33,295 nucleotides of DNA from Rozella allomycis CSF55. Lineage: Eukaryota. Shown piece by piece: positions 1 through 10,896 of the stretch (position 1 is its first letter; each line of letters starts with the position of its first letter). Both the position numbers and the translations under genes were made by a program. A model generated the notes under the pieces. That model did no database searches. It saw nothing but the letters and a program-made list of their open reading frames with translations, and was not told the origin of the DNA. The DNA lies in contig KE560919.1 in the NCBI GenBank assembly GCA_000442015.1, positions 1 through 33,295 of the forward strand. Reading direction: 5' to 3'.

Positions 1-1526
1 TTTTCTTTTGGAAAAACACAGCCAACGCTTGCCACCACACAACCAGCGCCAGCAGATACTAAAACAAACGGATTTTCATTTGGGAGTAGCACAACAACTA
101 AACCAGCACCTGCAAGTACCTTTTCTTTTGGATCATCAAGCACTACAAATCCTTTAGCATCTACTACAACAGCGCCTGCTCCTACTACTGCTCCCACTAA
201 TGGATTTTCATTTGGTGCATCTCAACCTTCAACTAGTGCCACGAAACCTGCTGAAACGAAGACAACTGGATTTTCTTTTGGAGAAACAAAACCTGCTGAA
301 GCAAAAACAAGTGGATTTTCTTTTACAGCAAATAAACCCGAGGAATCAAAAACTGCGGATTCAAAACCCACTTTATCTTTTGGAGCTTCAGCTGCTGCTA
401 CATCTACTACTACCACTGCTGCGTCTACCGCTACTACTGAAAACAAGACAGGATTCTCATTTGGTGCTTCAACAACAACTGATAAGAAACAATCCACAGT
501 ATTTTCATTCGGAGCTACTACTGCTGATAATAAAGCATCAGAATCCAAAACATCGGAAGTGAAACCTGGTGGATTTTCATTCGGATCGAATACCACGACG
601 GAAACAAAACCAGCATCCGGCTTGACACTTGGAGCGACCAGTACTGAAAATAAACCTGCAGAAAACAAACCATCTGGATTTACGCTTGGTTCAACTACAA
701 CAGCTCCAACTGCCGTTTCTAATGTTCCAGCTAGTCAACCATCTGTGCCATTTACTCCAATAACTGTTCCCGATCAATCCAGTCTGTAAGAAATAATTAC
801 ATTTTTGATATTTAGGCCTGTAAATGCAATTCAAAATTTGCTGAATATCCAAGTTGGCGGGATTAATCGAAATACGAAATATCAAGATTTACCAAATGAA
901 GTTAAACAAGCGATAGAACAAATATAGTAACCTAATTGGTAATGAATTAATAGTGGATTGATTAACAATGCTAAAATGAGGGGGAATGCATTGAATAATC
1001 AATTGAGTGAAAAAGTGACAACATTCAAGTCTGATGTTGACAATGCAGCAAAGAAATTAGAGTTTATTAAAACGCAGATGAATTTTACTGGCGAAACAAT
1101 AAATGGATTGAAATCTGAAGTGTCTAAAAAGATGAAAACATGCGAGATGGCGTATCATACATTGAATGGACTTGTTCATGGTCAAACGAGTACAATGTTA
1201 CCTTCAATGACTGGCTATTTTGATGAGACGTTGAATGAATTTGAACAGAGGATTCAAACAACACAGCAAACGTTGTTTGAGTTGAATTCATCAATTGATT
1301 CATTAATCCATGCGAATCCACCGAATCCTGAAAGTAAATTGTTTTAGCATTAATTGTAGCGATTTCTAAAGTTATTCAACACCAACATCAAAGTTTTCTG
1401 GCATTGGCGTCTAAAGTTTCACATTTGCATCAACAAATTAATCAAATTTCAGTTCCAAATCAAAAGGCTAGTGAAAAGAATTTAAGCGAAATTGCAAAGA
1501 AGGTTTTAGTTCCTTTAAACAAATAA
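1..1526 (+). CDS. FG-repeat nucleoporin, Nup58/Nup49-like (5' end outside window); introns 786-815, 927-953, 1334-1359
   Basis: Frame 1 is open from base 1 with many FSFG/FTLG repeats in Thr/Ser/Pro/Lys spacers. Removing three GT-AG introns (30, 27, 26 nt) gives TKYQDLPNEVKQAIEQIY, a coiled-coil region, and QHQHQSFLALASKVSHLHQQI, resembling the Nup58/Nup49 helical domain. Stop TAA at 1524-1526. Confidence 0.8.
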
Positions 1527-1584
1527 ACTCTAGTAAAAGATTTTAAGTGAAAGGAAATAACCTTGAATTTTTTTATTCTAAATA

Positions 1585-2966
1585 TTAAAATGTTTCTTCT
1601 GAAGGATCGACATTTTCTTTGAAAGGATTTTCTTTAAAAGAAATCTCTTTGAATGGATTCTCTTTAAGCGAACTCTCTTTGAAGGGATTCTCTTTAAAAG
1701 AATTCAATTTCTTATCAACAATTGGCGAGAACATTAAATCTCCCTTTAAAGGATTTTTCTGTATCATCGATTGAAGCCACTGAGGGGTCGCCGGCTGCTC
1801 AACATTTTTCTCATTCTTCTTCTTTTCAAATTCTTCTTTCTCTTTTAAAAATGCCGCTCTCTCTTTCCCCAATTTAATCGCAGATTCCATAAACGTTTTC
1901 CTCTCATTTTCCAATTTCTCTTTTTCTTTCTGCAACTCAAAATCCCACTCAACTTGGTTTGGCTTTTCTTGAATCGAAAGTTGCTGCTGCTCCAAAACTA
2001 GCCGCATTTCCTCCAATTCTTGCTTCAACAATGAAACTTCATCTCCTTTGGCTTTCAATCTCTCTTCAACAAACCCCAATGGCTCCATCCACTCGCAAAT
2101 CGCTTTAACACTTCTTTCCCAATGTGTCTATTACTATCAACACTAAATCTTACCCATTCCAACGGTAAATCAAATTGTGCATCTTCAACAATCACGTCCT
2201 CAACATACTCTAAATCTTCTACAGTAGAATGATAATGTGCATAAATCTGTGATGCTTTTGTATACAATTCTTTAAAAATATTTTTCAGCAATTCATTCTC
2301 CCTCATCAGTTCTTGATTCGTTGCCTTGATCCCCTCATACGCCATTTGAAGAACCCCATCTTTATCTCCTTTACTCACAAAATTAACAGGCTTCTTCATA
2401 AACGATTCAGACACCACAGAAATCTTGGCATCCCGCATTTTCCCCGCTAATATCATATCAACCTTGTCCTTCAATCTCTCCATTTCCTTTTCCCTTCTTC
2501 TAGAATCATGCTAATCTAAACTAAATTAGCTCATTTACCGAATATTGCTTTTTCAATTGCTCCATCGTCATCTTGCACTTTTCCATCGCACTTTGATAAT
2601 TATTCGCTTGAATCACCGACTGCTGCAACATGCTCTCCTTCAGCTGCAACTGTCTCTGGATCTGGAAACTATTCCTCTCGGTCTGCTCCAACTTGCTCGC
2701 TATCCTCTCGTGGTGCATCTGCAAACTACGGTGATCATCCATCAATCGGTCCAAATGGTCTTGATATGATGCTGGTACACTCAAATTAGTAGTCTATTTA
2801 AATTGGTACATTTTATTACTGTTAAAAGAGTTTGTATTGTTTCTAGCATGTCTGTTCTGGTCATGTCAGTCTTTAGAGTTGGTAAATATCTTTTCTTAAG
2901 ACTCAAATTAATCGAATTCAAAATTGCGTCTTCTAACGCTTCATTGTTTTCCTGTGGTTTTTCCAT
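1585..2966 (-). CDS. Coiled-coil protein, SSX2IP/ADIP/Msd1-like (centriolar satellite / microtubule anchoring); introns 2794-2819, 2511-2538, 2128-2153
   Basis: Four listed ORF pieces join in frame through 26, 28 and 26 nt GT-AG introns. The spliced motif KKQYSHDSRRREKEMERLKDKV and the later ELMRENELLK and QFDLP segments resemble the ADIP family. Confidence 0.7.
1613..1703 (-). repeat. 30-nt coding tandem repeat (x3) encoding (S-x-KENPFKE-x)n
   Basis: The C-terminus reads SFKENPFKESSLKENPFKEISFKENPFKENV; 30-nt periodicity is visible in the DNA. Confidence 0.9.
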
Positions 2967-3338
2967 TTCTGAAATTTCATTGTGGAAATCACGGCCATTT
3001 ACACAGGATTTTAGTTCTATAGTTAATTTAAATTTAAACTATTTGATATCAGTTCATTCATTCTGCAATAAAAATTTAATATTGAAGTATACTGTATAGC
3101 AATCAAATGACAAAAGGCATCCTGCTGATTTTTGTAAAACATTAGGCACAATCGATAACGTGCTATGTGACTGTTAATTTGTGAAAATGACTCCATTGTG
3201 ACAGTGTCGAGTTTAAATGTGACATTCTTCTCGCCGAAAGTGGAATAAACCAAGTCTACTAGAAACGTATAATCTGTTCTTAGCGGAAGTTGGAATAACA
3301 AAAGGGAAGGAAGTTATTTGGAATAAATAATAAAAGAG

Positions 3339-3411
3339 CGCCCCAACGGGGGATCGAACCCCGAACCTTGCGGTTAAAAGCCGCACGCTCTACCGATTGA
3401 GCTATCAGGGC
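3339..3411 (-). tRNA. tRNA-Lys (anticodon UUU), intronless
   Basis: The reverse complement GCCCTGATAGCTCAATCGGTAGAGCGTGCGGCTTTTAACCGCAAGGTTCGGGGTTCGATCCCCCGTTGGGGCG folds as a cloverleaf with anticodon loop CT-TTT-AA and T-loop TTCGATC. There is no encoded CCA, and TTTT follows just downstream. Confidence 0.97.
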
Positions 3412-3443
3412 TTGAGTAAGGGAATTACATGCTAAATGTAACT

Positions 3444-4310
3444 TTATTCAACATCATCTAACGCTTCGTACTCTGTCCTCTTCTTGTATAAGTAAAAGTG
3501 CTGAATAGCAAATACCACATCAAATATAAGGCTTAGCATTCCCAGCCCAAATTTTACGGGATGTCCCAATATGCTCGTCCAATCATGTGACATGAATGAA
3601 TCCAAAATTATTTGCGCCGTTGAAAATGTCCCACCTATAAAGTCCTATTTTATCATTGATTGTAATTTTATACCAAAATGATGTTTTCAACCGACCACCC
3701 TTCCGTGCTCTTGCGCTTATAGTTTAGGTACACTTGGGGTAGATATTTCACCACACTAGTAACAAGTTTGAATGCAGATAGAATGTATAAAATAGAAATC
3801 CATGTTATTAATTGAGGGACGGCCAAAGACACTAAAATTGCACTTAAAACTGCGATGATAATCAGAATGGAATGAATGAACCTAGATTCTCCAGATTTAC
3901 TGGTCTTGAATGTAAAACTTTCAAAAAACTTACTTGGTAGTATTTCGACTGGACAAAGGTAATTAATGTTAATGTAAAGGCGTGAACTGAAAACAGCACG
4001 TCAGTCAATCGAACTACAGGATCGCTCCCATTATGGTCTTTGCGATATTCTTCTTTAACTTGTTGGCTAAAAAACATACATATATTAAATATAGCGTAAA
4101 ATCCAAATCCAATCATGTTGGCATACAGAAAATCAAATGATAAACCTTCAGAACTATTTTTCGCATTTGATTCATGTTACCTTTTTCTCTTCCAATTTAA
4201 TATGAGCTGTGGGTAAAAGCTCACAGTCCAACTAGTAAAATAAATCTATTGAACGGAATTGTTAATTGTACCCATCCGAAAATCGTTGAGACAACCGGTA
4301 AAATATCCAT
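3444..4310 (-). CDS. CTNS: Cystinosin / ERS1-like PQ-loop lysosomal-vacuolar cystine transporter (4 introns of 26-29 nt)
   Basis: The spliced product has [71 protein letters not shown] and a C-terminal YEAL tyrosine-type sorting motif. Confidence 0.93.
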
Positions 4311-4392
4311 GTGATTTGGAATTTAGGAAATACTTCCTTAAAATTTTCAAAAGTTTTTAGTAGAGGTAAATTCTAAATAATGTGTTATTGTC

Positions 4393-5027
4393 ATGGCAAT
4401 TCCAATGAAAAAGTCCCCATCCAACAACTTTAGAGAATCAGGATTATTAGGCACGAATAGGACAGATAGGGAGATATCTCTCGAAAGTACCATTGATTAT
4501 CTTCAAAAGCGGCATGAATCTTCACTTGAATTGTTACAACGAGAGATTTCGAAATTGCAAGACCAAAATTCTAGTAATACATTATATTCGACTTTATTGA
4601 TCTAATTTTAAAGGTCTTGAGTTTAGAAGAATCTTCGAAATCCGTGGAAACTAATGAAAAAGTTGTTCACAAGGAGGAAGTGGATGGACTAAGATCAGAA
4701 AATTCAATTTTGTCATCTGAGAATGAAGATTTGAGAAATAGGCTATTGTATTTGGAATCATTAGTTAAAGATTTAAAGAATAAAGTGAATAATGCAATGT
4801 CCTCGGAATCGTATTGGAGCAACAGGAATAACAATAGCAATAACGTAGATTTAAAGTCTGCAAACAATAATTCTTATTTTCCAAATATTCCATTAAAACC
4901 CACAGTTTTTAATACAACAAAGTCGTCAATTGAGAATTTGACATTACCGCCAATTGATGATAAAAGAAACTCAAAAGCTAGATTTTTTGCTAATTTCAAA
5001 GAAAAAGCTGCGAAATTGCTAGAATAG
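4393..5027 (+). CDS. CCDC92/CCDC74-like coiled-coil protein; one intron starting at 4574 (3' end ambiguous: 4599 TG or 4626 AG)
   Basis: SLESTIDYLQKRHESSLELLQREISKLQDQN resembles the CCDC92/74 N-terminal motif (LE..l.fLQ..H...L..L..EI..L...N). The downstream ORF 4617-5027 continues the coiled coil. Confidence 0.65.
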
Positions 5028-5122
5028 AAATAAATCTTTCCGTCAATTTTATCCAATTACTTGCCAATCGCAATATCAAATTTGATTATTTCAAAGCCAC
5101 CTACATACCTGTCAGACCATCA

Positions 5123-7541
5123 ATGAAATTCGCCCATTCACTGCAATTGAATGCCAAACCAGAGTGGTCACAAGAATACATTAATTATTCGTACCTGAAA
5201 AGGATAATCAGTCACATTGAAAAGTTAAAGTAAATAGAATGTAATAGCATTGTAGATTTGAAGTAATGAGGACGAATTTCGCATCAGGGAACGACGAAGA
5301 GCTTCAACTAATTTCTTCTGATGCAGTCGATGCATCTCAAGCAGCGCTGACAGAAGCCAATGAATCGTTTGTGAGCACTTTAGAAAAGGAGTTGGATAAA
5401 GTTTGCAGTTTTTATTCAAAGACCGAAAGAAGATTGTTAAATGAGCTGGAGAATATTACCATGGCTATTAGAGAATTTGAAGGGGTTGAACATGCGACCA
5501 AGCCATCAAGGCAGCCTTCATCTTGGCCTAAATCACCACTTTCTTCACCAACTTTATCATTCAAAAACCGGTTTGATCAAGAAAATGTGGAAAATATATG
5601 GGAAAATTTAAAAGATGAACATGTTTTAAAAGAGAAAGAATCGATGAGAATGAGGCTTTCAGAATTATTTATAGAATTAAATGACTTGAAGGAATATATT
5701 GATACTAATTATTCTGGATTCAAAAAGATCTTGAAAAAGTTTGACAAGTGTACCGAGGGAACTTTAAAGCGAACATTTATGCCAGTTGTAGATGCACACT
5801 TTTCGTTCAAGGATGGTTCAGTTGTTCAAGATGCTATGGATAATTTAGTAAAAATTTATTCTCGTGTTATTTGCCATGAGAATGTGGGTGATGCTTGGAC
5901 AGAATTAAAACAACAATTAAAAGAGCATGTAGCGTTTGAGAGATCAACTGTGTGGAAAGATATGATAGAATTAGAAAGAAAAGCAAAACCTGCGGTAGTG
6001 CTACCAGCGTTTGAAACTCTTCCCGCCAATGTATCATTTTGGCAAAGATACAAGAGTTTGATTCTTTTATGTATTGCGATTATTTTACTTTTAATTCTTT
6101 TGAGAGTGGAAATATTTAAAGATCGCGCCCAAAGGAATTGTTTCGCTCTTTTTATTTTTGTTTCATTTCTATGGTCTGCTGAAGTTATTCCTTTATTTAT
6201 CACCTCATTTTTTGTTCCATTTCTTGCAATTATTTTAAATGTCTTAAAGAACGACAAGGGGGAGACATTGAGTCCTCTTGATGCATCACCAATAGTTTTT
6301 CAATCCATGTTTTCCCAAGTGATTGTTTTACTTTTGGGTGGCTTTTCTATTGCAGCTGCTTTGAGCAAATTTAATATTGCAAAATCTTTAGCAGTTTCTG
6401 TTTTGAGTAAATCAGGCAATAAACCTTCGAATGTTCTTTTGGCCAACATGTTTGTCGCCACTTTCCTTTCAATGTGGATTTCAAATGTCGCTGCTCCAGT
6501 TCTCTGTTTTTCAATCATCCAACCAATTTTAAGAACTCTTCCAAATAATCATCCCTTTTCTAAATGTTTAATTATTGGAATAGCAATGGCTTCTAATGTT
6601 GGTGGGATGGCCTCTCCAATTTCAAGTCCACAGAATGTTTTTGCTTTGGAAAGAATGTCGTTGGCAGGTTCTGCACCTAGTTGGCTTGAATGGTTTTTTG
6701 TTTCTATTCCAATTTGCTTAATTTGTGATTTATTAATTTGGTCTTTTCTTGTGTTCATCTTTAATCCTTCAAAAGGGCTTCCAGAAGTCACTCCAATTCG
6801 TAAAACGGATGATCCAATTTCGAAACAACAAATTCTTATTACTTTATCAACAATTTTAACTATTTTACTTTGGTGTTTAAACCCAATCCTGAAACAATAC
6901 ACCGGAGAAATGGGAACTGTAATTATTCTTCAACTTAGTAAGGTTAGATTGCTATTCTTCCAATTATTATATTCTTTGGCACTGGAATTCTTCATAAAGA
7001 TGATTTCAATTCGTTTCCTTGGACTGGTAAACTTATCCCTCAACGTTTATCAAAGTTGTTATGCTAGCCAGTGGTGGATTGGTACTTGGAAAGGCTGTTA
7101 AGTCATCCGGCCTTTTATCAACAATAGCTGCTGCCATCCAATCTCAAATGGAAGGGCTAGGCCTTTGGATGATTCTTTTAATATTTTGCACTTTAATCTT
7201 GATAGTCACCTCATTTGTTTCACACACAGTTGGCGCCATGGTTATTCTTCCAATTGTTCAAGAAGTTGGTCAATCTCTTCCAAATCCACATCCAAAATTA
7301 TTGGTGCTCGGTGGTGCTTTTATGTGCTCAGGTGCCATGGGGTTGCCAGTCAGGTATTTCTTTCCATTTTCTTTTAAATAGTGGCTTTCCTAATATCACA
7401 GCGATGGCACTAGAAGATCAAACGGGTAAACCATTCCTCAACGCTAAAGACTTTTTAAAAGTTGGAATTCCGTGCTCTTTGATTGCATTCGCTTGTATTA
7501 TATCTTTGGGATATGGCCTAATGTTACTCATAGGCTTCTAA
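5123..7541 (+). CDS. PHO91: SPX-domain SLC13-type low-affinity phosphate transporter (Pho87/Pho90/Pho91 family); introns 5230-5255, 6919-6947 and two more near 7027 and 7354
   Basis: SPX start MKFAHSLQLNAKPEWSQEYINYSYLKR, NYSGFKKILKKFDK, ERSTVWKDMI, SMWISNVAAPVLC, ASNVGGMASPISSPQN, MGLPVSGFPN. The paralogue cannot be resolved. Confidence 0.93.
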
Positions 7542-7574
7542 ATTAATTTTAGAATAAACATAAACTAATTTATT

Positions 7575-8027
7575 TTAAAGTCTTCTTTGCTTCTTTGGTT
7601 TACATCCGTTCATTGGAACGGGTGTACAATCCATCATTTCTACAATCTCAAACGGCCTGCTTCTAAATTGATTAAAAAACGGGACTCTCAGTGTATTATA
7701 TCCTCTTAAATGAATCTTTAACTTGGCAATATCCAATTTCTTTGCTCTCTGTTCAAATTCATCAAGTAACGCTAGCAAGCATTTAGTAGACAGTTTCTTG
7801 GAATTTTTAAACCCAACTTTACCAGCTGAGAGACAAAAGAATGTTTTTTCTGGGTTAATACCATCAATCAAAGTAAGAAATACATTATTCATCGCAAAAC
7901 ACACCATTAATCGATGATAATTACCAACATCACGTTTAGGAAAGTTTGGCACATAACTCCAACATGCTTGACCTGTTAAATATCGTATGGAAGGCAATGC
8001 CTTCTGATAGAGTACCAAATTGGTCAT
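7575..8027 (-). CDS. MRPS11: Mitochondrial ribosomal protein uS11m (start likely 8027; ORF open to 8081)
   Basis: S11 motifs NNVFLTL, SAGKVGFKNSKK and C-terminal DCTPVPMNGCKPKKQRRL; intronless. Confidence 0.88.
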   Translation of the reverse strand: MTNLVLYQKALPSIRYLTGQACWSYVPNFPKRDVGNYHRLMVCFAMNNVFLTLIDGINPEKTFFCLSAGKVGFKNSKKLSTKCLLALLDEFEQRAKKLDIAKLKIHLRGYNTLRVPFFNQFRSRPFEIVEMMDCTPVPMNGCKPKKQRRL

Positions 8028-8114
8028 GGACGAAATTTCGAAATCGTGTATGGTGGAAATTGAGATATGTAAATGTGACATAATGATAAAAGTTTAAATT
8101 CTTTATTCCTTCAA

Positions 8115-9206
8115 TTAAATCATGCTAAAGGCAATGACAATGCCCAAAACCACGGAAAATAGATAAGTATAATTTGTGGAAGCGTCAGATGTTGGCGCCT
8201 TATTATCTTGTGAAGATGGAACTTGTTGAACTTGTCCTTGACCTGGTTGGTTGACTGTACTAGTGACTGTTGGGCTAGCAATGCCTTTACATTGACCTAC
8301 AGTCATGAGAGAGTATCCATTTGCCGTCATTTGAGGGAGAAAGTTGTTCTCGAAAAGATCAACACCACCTTGAAAAGTGTCATGTTCCAACGTAATTAAG
8401 CCATTTGAAAAACTTCCTCCAATTGCTGTTTGAAATCCTGAAACGACACCTGCGACTAGATTAGTATTACCATCTGTAGTATAATCATTTGTATCAAGAT
8501 TCCACATAACTGGTCTCAATCCCATGGCCGCTGCAATAGCTCTTACTCTATCGTCCAAGTCTCCTTGAGGTGGACGAAACAAAGTAGGTTTAATACCAAG
8601 AATCTTTTGAAAGGCCTGTACAGTAAATCCGAGTTCTGCAACAACTTGATCATTCGTCAAAGAAGTAAGCGGATGGTGAGACCATGAATGAACACCAAAT
8701 TCCATGCCTGCATTGTATAAATCTCTAACAATTTGTGCGTTCTGAACCATGTGAGCACCGACCAAGAAGAAGGTTGCCTTGAGGTTTTTACTTACAAGAT
8801 ATTGCAACAAAGTTGGAGTAAATGTTGTAGGTCCATCATCAAATGTCAATCCCAGTGTCTTTGCACCTTTGCAGTCACGAATATCGTCTGGTCTCCAGCA
8901 TTTTCCTGAAGGATCTGCTGTTGGTCCGCATGTCCACCAACAGGTACCAGTGTCACCGAGGGAAGCATCCACGTTAGCGGGACATTGTTGAGTAGAGGCT
9001 GCAGAGTTTGGTTTAATGGCAAGTTTGGAATCACCGGCAGGTAAAGGGAATGCGCTGAGAATCTGTGGAGTGGGTGCTGCAGTCACTGTATACCCTAGCC
9101 CGTCAGTGGATCCCGCAACTGATGGCCATTCTGAAGCAACATATGTGAAAGAAGGTAATGCCGCTAGCGTAAAGGAGCTAGCTGATAGCAGTAGCAACAG
9201 TTTCAT
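8115..9206 (-). CDS. Secreted, probably GPI-anchored chitin/polysaccharide deacetylase (CE4, NodB domain)
   Basis: Signal peptide, Cys-rich CWWTC region, TFDDGP, HSWSHH, RPPQG, DTNDY and LEHD motifs, Ser/Thr/Gln linker and hydrophobic C-terminal tail. Confidence 0.93.
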   Translation of the reverse strand: MKLLLLLSASSFTLAALPSFTYVASEWPSVAGSTDGLGYTVTAAPTPQILSAFPLPAGDSKLAIKPNSAASTQQCPANVDASLGDTGTCWWTCGPTADPSGKCWRPDDIRDCKGAKTLGLTFDDGPTTFTPTLLQYLVSKNLKATFFLVGAHMVQNAQIVRDLYNAGMEFGVHSWSHHPLTSLTNDQVVAELGFTVQAFQKILGIKPTLFRPPQGDLDDRVRAIAAAMGLRPVMWNLDTNDYTTDGNTNLVAGVVSGFQTAIGGSFSNGLITLEHDTFQGGVDLFENNFLPQMTANGYSLMTVGQCKGIASPTVTSTVNQPGQGQVQQVPSSQDNKAPTSDASTNYTYLFSVVLGIVIAFSMI

Positions 9207-9322
9207 CGGAGATAATACATTCGCGGGGAATTTCTTGCTAGAAATATGTGCTATTTTTAGATCTTTTTGTCAAAATAAAAAGTGTAACATGTGTATTTTA
9301 GTACGTAAATTGTAATTTATAG

Positions 9323-9647
9323 TTATTCATCCTTGGTTTCCTTTTTCTCTACTTTCGTTGCCCATTTCAATGGATGGCTTCTCAAGTACGGCCAAGAAGG
9401 CACAGCGGCCTATATAAGTTCAATTATAATAAACTACTATCAAAACTAGAATAAATGTGATTCCAAATATAGCCGCAGTGTATTCAATTTTCCCTGTGTA
9501 TAACCCCACCAACGCGCCTACCACAGCAGCTGGTGGCAGTGGCAGTTTAATAATCTTTTCCGCCAACACCTGTCCATGAAAATCCTATTTAACAATATAA
9601 TAACCTCATACAGCAGGCGTATCATTGATTATATCCAGCACAGACAT
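9323..9647 (-). CDS. SPC1: Signal peptidase complex subunit 1 (SPC1/SPCS1); introns 9585-9611 and 9410-9437; absent from the ORF track
   Basis: Spliced: MSVLDIINDTPA-DFHGQVLAEKII...two TM segments...AAVPSWPYLRSHPLKWATKVEKKETKDE. DFxGQxLAE and VPxWPxxxxHPLKW are SPC12-family signatures. Confidence 0.92.
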
Positions 9648-9652
9648 TTCCA

Positions 9653-9658
9653 AAATTT
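9653..9658. promoter_or_regulatory. Palindromic AAATTT element shared by divergent SPC1 and MAP1 (putative initiator)
   Basis: It lies in the 20-bp gap between the two ATGs. The same hexamer sits 4-5 nt upstream of the ATG in four other genes. Confidence 0.55.
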
Positions 9659-9667
9659 CCAAAACAA

Positions 9668-10855
9668 ATGAAAATCTGCCATTTAGAGTCTTGCCAAAAG
9701 GAGGCGAAATTCCAGTGCCCCAAGTGTGTCAAGGCAGAGATCCGGGATATATATTACTGCTCGCAGGACTGTTTCAAGGCGGACTGGCCTGAACACAAGA
9801 AGCGGCATCAGGAAGCGGGCCAGTATAATCCGTGGCCTGGATTTGGGTTTACGGGCACATTGAGGCCGTACCCCACGAGTGCTATGCGAAAGGTGCCTGA
9901 GCATATTAAGCGACCTGATTATGCAGAGACTGGTAAAACTGATTGATGGGAATGAAAAAGGGATTCCGGTGAGTGAGCAGGCTGAGCGTGGTAGCTATGC
10001 TATCAGAGTGCTGGACAAGGAGGAGATTGAAAAGATGAAGGTTGTTTGCAGACTGTCGCGGGAGGTGTTGGATATTGCTGGAGCGGCTGTTAAAGTTGGA
10101 GTGACAACCGATGAGATTGACAGGATAGTGCATGAGGAATGTATCAAGAGAAATGCGTATCCATCTCCTTTGAATTATTATAATTTTCCCAAATCATGTT
10201 GCACGTAAGAATAGATGTTAGTTATGAAAGATCTGTGAATGAAGTTATTTGCCATGGAATACCAGATATGAGACCGTTGGAGGATGGAGATATTGTGAAT
10301 ATTGACATTTCATTGTATTTTGATGGATATCATGGGGATGTGAATGAAACATATTTTGTTGGGAATGTTGATGAAAAGAGTCAAAAATTGGTTAGAGTTA
10401 CAAAGGAGTGTTTAGACTTGGCCATACAAATGGGTAAAGTAATTAAAAAGGAATGAAAAGTTAAACCAGGAGTAGCGTACAAGGAGTTGGGCAATGTAAT
10501 TCAGAAACATGCACAGAAGCATGGATTGTCTGTTGTTAGAAGTTATTGTGGACATGGAATTAACAAGTAATGAAAGAGTGGAATGATTATAGTTTGTTTC
10601 ATACAACGCCAAACGTACCGCANTAGTTTGTTTCATACAACACCGAATGTACCGCATTATTCGCGCAACAAGGCTGTTGGGATAATGAAGGCTGGACATT
10701 GTTTTACGATTGAGCCTATGATTAATGAAGGACATTGGAAGGAGAAGCATTGGCCAGATAATTGGACAGCAGCGACTATTGATGGGAAGAGATCTGCGCA
10801 ATTTGAACAAACGTTAGTTGTAACAGAGGATGGATATGAAATATTAACTGCATAA
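9668..10855 (+). CDS. MAP1: Methionine aminopeptidase 1 with N-terminal zinc finger (4 introns; apparent break at N 10623 is likely an assembly artefact)
   Basis: [25 protein letters not shown] zinc finger, [53 protein letters not shown]. Confidence 0.96.
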
Positions 10856-10896
10856 AAAGCTTTAAAAAGATTTAAAAAAGTTTTAAAATGTTTATT

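Noticed and set aside
200-885. ORFs 200-562 (+), 222-668 (-) and 691-885 (-)
   Set aside because: Alternate-frame or antisense shadows of the low-complexity nucleoporin gene.
3023-3301. 92-aa minus-strand ORF
   Set aside because: Non-ATG start, no recognisable motif, and it begins just behind the tRNA terminator.
5856-6902. Minus-strand ORFs within the phosphate transporter
   Set aside because: Antisense shadows of a hydrophobic coding region.
10561-10660. MAP1 as a frameshifted pseudogene
   Set aside because: The disruption coincides with an N between two near-identical copies, and the rest of the gene is intact.
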